From contig CM082581.2 in assembly GCA_040954595.2 (NCBI GenBank), positions 7,400,059 to 7,464,058 on the forward strand: a stretch of 64,000 nucleotides of DNA. Direction: 5' to 3'. Position numbers and translations under genes: made by a program. Positions 55,129 through 64,000 of this stretch are shown here, one piece after another (the first letter of the stretch is position 1; each line of letters opens with the position of its first letter). The DNA comes from Balanoglossus misakiensis (lineage: Eukaryota > Animalia > Hemichordata). Below the pieces are notes generated by a model, which was given only the letters and a program-made list of their open reading frames with translations, was not told the origin of the DNA and did no database searches.

Positions 55129-55640
55129 TATTATTATTCCCCGAGGACGTAGTCTTGGGGCTAATGAATTGGGCTACGCCCGTCAGTATGTCCGAACGCA
55201 ACATACTAGTAAATGTACATGCCGATTCATTCAAATTTAGTTCTGCGATACGATCCAATATGGCCGTCAGGCCGCCATTTTGTCACGAATATTTTCGCCT
55301 GCAGCCATTACTTGAACTTGCCTGAATCAATTACACATATATCCACATGATGTAAATGTCCACATCAATTAACGTTGCAATGCAATCCAGCATGGCCGCT
55401 ATAGGAAGCCAGTGGGGTGTTTCATATACACCCGAAGACATTTCTCCGACATGCCTGAAACCTGGCACAGTTACAATGACAGTAGTCTATGCAATGATAT
55501 GATATGATACGATCCAATGTGGCTGCGAGGAGGCCATATTGTCACGACATGCCTGAGCTCATTTCTTTCGAATTTGGTACAATCAGGGCAATGCACTATG
55601 ATGTATACCGATTAACATTCAATTGACGCACAAAAGTACA
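55129..55640 (+). mobile_element. Decayed repeat element with a terminal hairpin and ~130-bp internal tandem units (resembles Helentron-associated HINE / pearl-type elements)
   Basis: Starts TATTATTATT, then an imperfect hairpin CCCCGAGGAC-GTA-GTCTTGGGG (55139-55160). Blocks 55247-55288 and 55506-55547 share 35/42 nt, with a weaker copy near 55383-55411. TGCCTGA recurs at about 55319, 55452 and 55550. The right boundary and the family assignment are inferred. Confidence 0.5.
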
Positions 55641-58033
55641 CAGCCCTGGTAATGCCTTCTGCTGTCGGATGATGATTGTTAGACGACGCATACAGAATTG
55701 TTAATACCGATATGATCTCAAGGGTGTGTGTGTGCCTTGAATTTTACTTACAACTCAATGATCACAAGTGCAAGTTTAATCGGATGGTCACACATTCTTG
55801 ATGTTTCTTTTTTCAGGGGACGCATCAATTATCATTTGATATAATTTGGTAACAATTATTTCACGAGGATCAATTATCCAAGCGGGAACTATGACATCGA
55901 CAACGACTTGTTCATAGTAAATCAGAACAGCGGTCGGATGAAGTTCACATATGCATGCAATTAATTCAGTCTGCATTATACTTGGTGGAACTTTCCAGTA
56001 CTTTGCGAGTATTATTCGAAATCCCTGGAGGTTTTTAGTGAACCCAATTTCCTTTGTTATTTGATCTTACAAAAAGAGTGGGTGGATTACCCCAATTTCT
56101 ATTTTTTTTTGGAAAACAGCATCATCTTGGACCACTGAATTTCGAAAACAGCGATTTCACTCACGCGAACCTTAGGATGGCTAGTGCCAAGAATGATCTT
56201 GCCGTATCTTTTTAACGGTATAGTGTTCTATTTAAAGGACGGTGCCATGGGTCATCGGCTCCCGCCGCGAACTCGTGCTGGGGACGTGATGGGTTCGGGA
56301 CCGACCCTGCATAGCTGTGGTCCACAGAGCAGGCACCTTTGCTTGTGACAGCTTCTGGTTACCCGGGTGCCAGTGATAGGAGATATATAGTATACAAATG
56401 TATATATATTGCGACACGCGAGTGTTCAACTCTGTTCGGCTGACGGGTCCCCAAGAGAGGGGTTAAGTCGTTTTTGCGCCTTTGGGGCATGGATCAGTGA
56501 TGTGGGAGGCAAGCAAAGCACAACTGCCAGCGGTAACAGTAATGAATAGGCTCCTTGATCAAGATTTCTGGTGGATGGGTTATACATGTTCTCCGAGAGC
56601 ATCTCTTTGCCGTTCAGTCTCGGTACGACTGCGCACAGGTTATCTCATTTCCCAATTACATCTCTTATCAAAGTCCGCCAGTTCTTTTCTTCATAAATCC
56701 AATTCATATACGACTCCAATCCAATAAATTATTTCCCCCCCCCCTGCCTTTGCTTGAATACTTCCCCAATCTCTAACTTCGTTATCAAATCAGTTGCAAC
56801 GTCGTGTACCATCCCCTGTTGTTGAGTGGTAATCAGCATGTCATTTTTGAATAAAGCGCACACGGGCACTTTTACGCTTTGCTGAATATCTATGCTTGGT
56901 TGCCATGGCGGCAGGACAAGACTTCAGAATGGCCGGAATTGCGTATTTCACATTTTGATCTATTGCAGTGTATTATAATCCAATTATTATTCATATGACA
57001 AGTAATAGTGGGGCAGAATGAACCTTATTAAAAAATAACAGGTTTTGCGTCAGGCGTTTTCCTGCCTGTCTGACTGTCTATGTACTGGTCAAGTTAGCAG
57101 TTGTAGGGCGAACGACCGACAACGCCGTGCACTCCCGCCCCCAAACCAGTCACTATGTCCTTCCTGTTCGAAAAATGCGTTCGTCGTCCGCTTTTGTGTC
57201 CCCCCCCCCCCCACCTTCCGCTCTCTCCATCAAATCACGCACCGAAATCACGCCACGGCGCGCACCTGCAGGATTAGCGGAGGAGCGCTTCCTATACGAA
57301 ATTAATTGGGACTGCAACGAGAGGGGGAGTTCTACAAAAAAGGCATTACAAACCAATCAATGCGATCTGAAAGGCGCTTACAATTCATATGATAACACAG
57401 ATCACGGCGAAAGAGTGACAGCTGTGATTTCACTGTTACTTAACACTGGAGTGTCGTCTTCCCCCTTTCAACGTCTTTCAAACTGATCAGGTTGATGTAC
57501 GGCTAAAAAGCCGTTCCGTTAAGAGGTTTAAATATCTGAATCGCTCCAATAACAAGCCGGGCACTTTCAATTCAGGCTGTACTGTTTTGTGTACTTGGGG
57601 AGACATTCAACAACAACAAAAAGTGACGTGCTGCATCGCAGTGGTGGGAGATACTAATGACAGACGTGCGACAATTATAACCCTTTTTTTCAGAATAACA
57701 GTAATGACAGCTCTGTGTTTAGTCATCGTGGCGTGGGACAAGATATGTGTTTGTCTAATACAAACAACAGGCCAAGTGTACCTCTGATAATCTGATGTTC
57801 AGGGGTATTCTGACTTCATTGTGGCTTTGGACATTTTATTCCACCTTCCGCTTATCATTAATTACCTCGCTCAAATGACAACGTCTCTGTCATGCACGGA
57901 AAGTCTGTTGTTTGTGTCAGGTGGCACGTGGCCCACACGCAGAATTGGCAGCGTTTCTGAAACAGGAGGCTGCAGGCTTGGCTGGTACTCTGCCTCAGTG
58001 ACAAGCACAGAGAGGCAGGTATAAATGGCAAAT

Positions 58034-58354
58034 CGCCATATTTAGAAGTGTGAGATCTGATTGGCTAATAAATGAGCGCGCTCATTGGTCACTATTACTT
58101 CCGGGAAGACTCAATCTGCCGTGATTGTAAACAATCATGTTTACCCTTCCCAAACATGCATTTAAAAAAACAGCACTTTATATAGTACTGAGGCTAAAAT
58201 CAATACAACTACTGACGCAATATACCTCAATTTTACAACAGACATGCGCATTAACCCACTTCCGGATTGTCAAAAACTAGCACATTACAAGATGGCGGGT
58301 GGCCTGTATCTGCGTCTATCTACAAGACTCGTCCTGCCTGTCTCAGTCACGTGA
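58034..58354. promoter_or_regulatory. Promoter-like motif cluster (CCAAT, ETS, YY1, NRF1-like, E-box)
   Basis: ATTGG at 58060 and 58084; ACTTCCGG at 58097 and 58258; CAAGATGGCGG 58288-58298 and an inverted CGCCATATTT 58034-58043; CATGCGCAT 58243; GTCACGTGA 58346. No linked gene is visible, and it could be transposon-derived. Confidence 0.4.
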
Positions 58355-61300
58355 GACGCAGTAAACAGCGAACCTGCAGGGTCGATCACACTCACAGCGA
58401 CTGTTCTGTATCTTATTTTAAAGTTGCATGCCAACCTTAAGTGATGTTTACGTTCATGCCAATCTCAATTCCTGTTATCGGTTTCTCTTTTAGTTCCTGT
58501 CGATCATCTTTCAACACAGTGTGTACTATAATAAAGGTGTGGCAACATGAATTGGTTTCCGGATATTCTTGATTTTTTAAAGTTTTTATTAGTTAACCAA
58601 TATAGAGTTGTATCTCGCCATCAAATCTATTGCCTTTAAACCATCAATATGACTGGGAAAAACTGATCATTGCGGCCGATATGCAGAACGAGCAAATCTG
58701 ACAAAAAGTACACGAAAGTACGGTTACTGTCTGCCTTAACGCCTCGAGCAAGATACAGATCATCTTGTCTGGCTTCCACTCCAGAGAATCTAGCCGATCT
58801 TCAGGGAAACGTAATACTTACTTTAATATCATTAGTATAATAGAAATGGATATTTTTTCGCGTGTGGTTGATCCCATCTCAGTTATGCATGTATTTGCGG
58901 GATGATAAAAATTATTGTACTCACTTTATTGACAGATCCCTCGGTTGCAAACCAGCCTGTCCGCAGGAAGGAAGCTGTCACTCGCATTCATAAAAAAGAC
59001 TGTCTCCAACGTGCTGTGTTCATGCACAGAAATGTGAAGAAATGTCAAATGTCTATCCGGGTAAAAAAAAATACTTTTACCCGGCACTACTTTTCATATA
59101 TTATTGGCAGACGCGTGGTGCATATAGGGCTTTAGAATGTCTCATATTAAAAGAGTCGTAAAGGGGACGTGTCCCGCATACTAATGATGCCCCACACGTG
59201 AAGTCACCGTAAGTGTCTGCCGATCAAATTCAGACGAGGGTCCCCTGGGAAGTTCTTGTGCTGCACCCGGGGAAACGTCCTTGTCCTCGCCCCGTGTGGA
59301 TGATGTAAGTGAATCGAAATCAAGTGATGCATCGCAGCTGTGCCGAGGGAAACCGCGGTTTCATATTCTTGAGATGCAAAACCCCCAATTAGGGCGCCGC
59401 CGCTGCGTTACTTCAACTTGACAAGCCGCTGATCTTGCCTCCTCTCTCGCTCTCCGTCTCGACTATAAATAGCGGTGAGATTGCCAAAAGGCAATATTTT
59501 AGATAGGGGAATGTCCCCTCTTTATCCTAAATCGCCGCCGCCGAAAGGGCCTGGCAAACGTGCCACTTAACAGCCCCGCTTCTTGCGTCAAACGAGTCAC
59601 GGCGCAGACCACTTCAACGGAATGCATCCGCGAGAGAGAGAGACAGATCGCAAACCTCTCCGAGTGTCGTGAAGTGCACCGGGGGAAAATGAAAAGAATT
59701 CCCCTGCGCTCTCGCTGTTGAATAGCGAACAGCTTGAGGCGATTTGCGCCCTGCCTTCGCCCGTAATTGCGAAATTAATTCGCACGTTGGCGATAAGCGC
59801 ATAAAGGATCTCGCAAATATGGTTCTTGTCACCCGTCACCACATAGGGGAAATACATTCTTGATGCTTACACCTCTGAGGGGCAGACAACTGCAGCGTCA
59901 TTTACATGGTGATTTTCATGTAAATGGGAGTTAAGCATTTTTTAAATGAAAACCTTTTCGATATACTTTCTATTTAACGACACAAATTAAAGGCAGACGA
60001 ATTTACATATTAAGATATACTGAACTGAAGAATATGACGTGTGTTGCTATAATATAAATCCAACGCGAAAATTCACGATATGAAATCGGGCCCGTGATAT
60101 AATTCAATATATGACCAGGCTATTGAATACATCATACAACGCTCTTTTCCACAGGCGGGGGTCTCTGACGTCATCAAATCTTCACCTTAAAATGATATAA
60201 TTTCCTTATCAAGAAATGATGAGCTATCTCCAGAGGGATTGTCGATTAAAATAAATGCTTAGTTTAATGGGATGAGTACGGTACCGGAAAATGGCAAAGG
60301 AATATAGTAGTCTCCACGGGACGACTTACTGTAATTCATTCATGTTTTATCAAGGGTTATATTCGGATGAGAAACCAGGTGGTGACTGGGAATGAGAGAA
60401 TTAGATTTGCACAAAAACTGTATAAATGACCTTGTAAATGATAGATGTGTCGTGTCGAATCAACGAGTAAGCTAGAAATAGTAGATCTACATCCATGGTA
60501 TTCTATATTTTCAGTGTGTATTTTACCGTATTGTACAAAATCATAACACGAAGATTTGGTACTTCGGGATTACTCAGACTTTGCTAGCACATTTATTAAT
60601 ACCTCATATATTTGCTCCATAATCTCCGCGGATAGTTACACCGATATAAATTATGTAGTTAATAAGAATGGTGGAACCTTGTTGTTTCTGTGGTCGTTCC
60701 TGACACAATACAACACAGTACAGCACAGCGGTTATACTGAGGTACGTGTGCTGGGGACTGGTATATCCTTAGTACGAGTATAGCTGTTTCGTATACAGAC
60801 CCTCGAGAAAACGATCATGGTCTCCGGTTGTTTTAAATTCCGGAATACTTCTGCGTCAACCACAACTTCGTTCGAGCCTACACGATGACTGCAGTAATTG
60901 ACTGAGAGCACATCTTCTCCACGAGATCAGTTTTCCCTAATTGCCCAAAGTCTGTAGAATTTGCAAACTGAGTCGCTCGTATTAGGACCTGTCAATCACA
61001 AGCGGCAAACGTTATTCGGGGGTATAACGTCCTTAATGGGTTTTTGGACTTGTAATCTGACGGGGATGTGACACATCCGTTTTATGCGAAATGTGTTGAA
61101 CAAACATTGCAGCCGCTGCGTGTTCTCGAAATTTACGCGGAAACTGCGTAAAATTGGTGAAGTGATTTATTAATCCAATCCAATCCAAGCAAACTAACCT
61201 ACGCCCGAAGACACATGATGTGCACGCGCGTGTCCTGAGCCCGACCGAAGGCCATGTTTGTTGAGGGAGACAGTCCTATAAGGGAGTCATCGATATGCGA

Positions 61301-62719
61301 AGCTTATTGCACCACCTGTAATGGGTTTCATACAACCACACAAACACGTCCATATGCACAAGCACGTATGATGCTATGGAGATGCTTGTACGCTTACGGA
61401 CGAACAAATATCACGAAACCGGCGCGCATGACTGCAATAAAGTTTCAATGAACATCGAGACACCTTCTATGGTATGATTATTGCCATAGGAGAGTGTCCA
61501 GTTCTTTTTTTCCCGCGGGGCACTTCAAATCGATAATTTTAGAGAGTTATTACTTATATACATGTAGATGCAAGGACGGATACTCCGCTCATCGATATAC
61601 GGAGTCGCTATCAAGTTATAACACGCACGAGTTGTACTTAAATATACTAAAATATAACGTGATTAGAACGATGAGTTGGAACACGCTCAGATCGATGGTC
61701 GCCGACGGTCGTTGTCAACATTCTCGCGGAATACTGATGTAGGTTTCTTTCATTTTCCGTTCGATTTGTCTAATTTTTTTCCTATCTTTAGGCTTGCCAA
61801 TTGTGCATTTCCGATAGATGAAATTATCAGCATGGACGAACAAATTGTGAGAACTCAGAACAGATGGTGAGGTGTCCCCAAAGGTACAAATTACATTTTA
61901 CTTCCGTCCGTGAAACAAACACTAAACGACATCGGTGGAATTCACCAAATTGCACAATGTACCGTAAACGGTGAACGCATTAACTCATAAAATTAAAAAT
62001 TGATAGCAAACAAAACAAGTGACCGTCTGTGCCGACGGTTTATGGCGTTTATGGCACATATATCGACGGTATGAAGATATTTCCTATGGTTTATACATGC
62101 ACGTATGACGCTTTGACCATATCATAGCAAATACAGAAGCGGGATTTTTCATTAAAGGAGTACCAGTCTTTCACATGTAGTTCACGCATGCCCTTATATG
62201 GTTAAAGGACGCGTCTGAATCTACTAATATTGGCCAATTTTGACGTGGCCACCCACGTGACTATGCTATTTGCAGTGTAGAAGTAAGAAGTCGTTTTTAA
62301 TGTCACAGGTCTCGCTAGTAATTGCAGTATCTGAATGGAAGTCAATGTGTCGCCCGTGATTTGACAAAGAGCACTTTGGAATGTGTCAACGGAAGTCAAT
62401 GACAGCATGTCAACCATGCACCAGGTAATAATATGTCGCGTCAATTGGTGAACTGTACTACTACGCATGATCGGTGATATATCACGTGGTATCAACCGCG
62501 TAAGAACTCCGGTCACAGAAAAAACTACATACACATTGGAGTACGTTAACTTACATGCGTTGTACTAAAAGGAAAAAAATATCCTGGCATACAAGGTTTA
62601 GTTTCGACCAGTAGGAGAATTGGTCGTCCTGCTGCTGCTACAGCCCGAAAATCTATGATTTTACGCGAGTTTTTAATTTATGTGTGTGAATATTTAATTT
62701 TCTATCATTTAACATGACG

Positions 62720-62756
62720 TGGTTTATTTAGGTGGACTTGGTTTATTTAGGTGAAC
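62720..62756. repeat. 19-bp tandem duplication
   Basis: TGGTTTATTTAGGTGGACT followed by TGGTTTATTTAGGTGAAC. Confidence 0.8.
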
Positions 62757-64000
62757 GTTTTACCCTTGTCATAGATTCTAATTAAGTCAAAACGCATCAT
62801 TCAATATATACAGATTATATAGAGATGGGATTTTCAATGCAGAGACCACTGCTGCTTCGGGCTCGTATCACACTGTGAAGTCGCTAGTTACTTCTCGGTG
62901 TTCAGCTGGGCTAAGGCTTACTTGCTTTGCTTTGCGGCGCTAATTCACTCCGGTGTAAAATTACTTCACTCTTGCTATTATGCATTGCGCAACAAATAGC
63001 GACAGTACAGTGCCTGTGGTATAGCGGGGAGTTCAGTCATTTTCTCTGACAGCCAATTCTGTTTGATTTCGACTGCACCGACGGGCGAGCAATGAATTAA
63101 ATCGATAGTCGGCAGTCCCTTGTAATGTTTTTTTCGAAATCAAATCAAGTCGAATCAATGTTGTCACCATAGAGAACCAAAAGCAATTTTAACGCGGAAA
63201 TATTAGGACATGTCAAGCAACGTAACTCACTTAAAGTCGCAGGCAGCCAACACAAATTGGGTTTGTCTGAGCTTAAATCACCGCGTTTCGACTTAAGCGA
63301 ATGCTCCCGCTCGTCAACAATTGCACTTGTCTGTTATTTGTGGGAAAACGTCACACACCGTTGTGTAATGTCTTGTTATACCTCGCGTATTTGATTATTC
63401 GCGACGCGGTATTCACGTCTGACGCGGCCAACATTCACGCGGATTCATGCAAATGGCGTGTCGCACGAAGGAAGTTCAATTCTGGGAATAATGCTTCATT
63501 ACCTCAGCAAGCGGAATGCCCCCGCGTCAGGACGATTTATAATGAAACTATAATCGTGCATTACGTGATGTTGTTACGAACGACCCATTCCCCATCAGCT
63601 GTATGTAACATGCTTTTAGTGCCGCACAGTATACATGGCTCTTATTGAGTTTCCCTGCGACTTCGTAAATTCGACGTGGATACGAATGCCTTGCCCGTCT
63701 TATGATCAAAGGAACTTTTTTCCCTGTTTAAGTGCACGGTACATCAAAGGTTATCCGCGCCTTTGCAAATTCGACAGAAAAGCTCTAGGCCTACATGTAT
63801 ATACGGGGAGAACATTTTAATCTGTTAACGTAAATGTTTCGCGGCCGCCTAGCCGATATGAAACTGCCCTTTAGACAACGGTGTACATTTAACACCCCGA
63901 AAATACAGCATATCATTATCACCAAATTTGTCGAGTCCAGCAATAACTTGAGATACCGATTCAGGGTTCGCTCTGCAAAATAGCGAAACACTCTTCCCAT

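Overview
Eukaryotic (invertebrate animal) genomic DNA: roughly 39% GC, rich in microsatellites, with no operon-like gene packing. The only coding sequence I can support is an uninterrupted minus-strand class A aminergic GPCR (ATG 15585 to TGA 13912, 557 aa) with signatures of the alpha-adrenergic-like octopamine receptor (Oamb/Oct-alpha1) family. It lies in a gene desert, about 14 kb downstream and 48 kb upstream. Other supported features are a complete 609-bp TTAA-flanked foldback element with Kolobok-type ends, a decayed element with ~130-bp internal repeats, a 46-bp palindrome, and several micro- and minisatellites. Best leads: (1) a possible hidden alternative receptor C-tail in a GC-rich block after the stop codon, (2) intron-like signals on both strands near the 5' end, hinting at a spliced antisense RNA, and (3) window-wide excess of TACATGTA, TGACGTCA and POU-type motifs. 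I found no convincing new multi-gene system. All counts were made by eye and no database searches were run.
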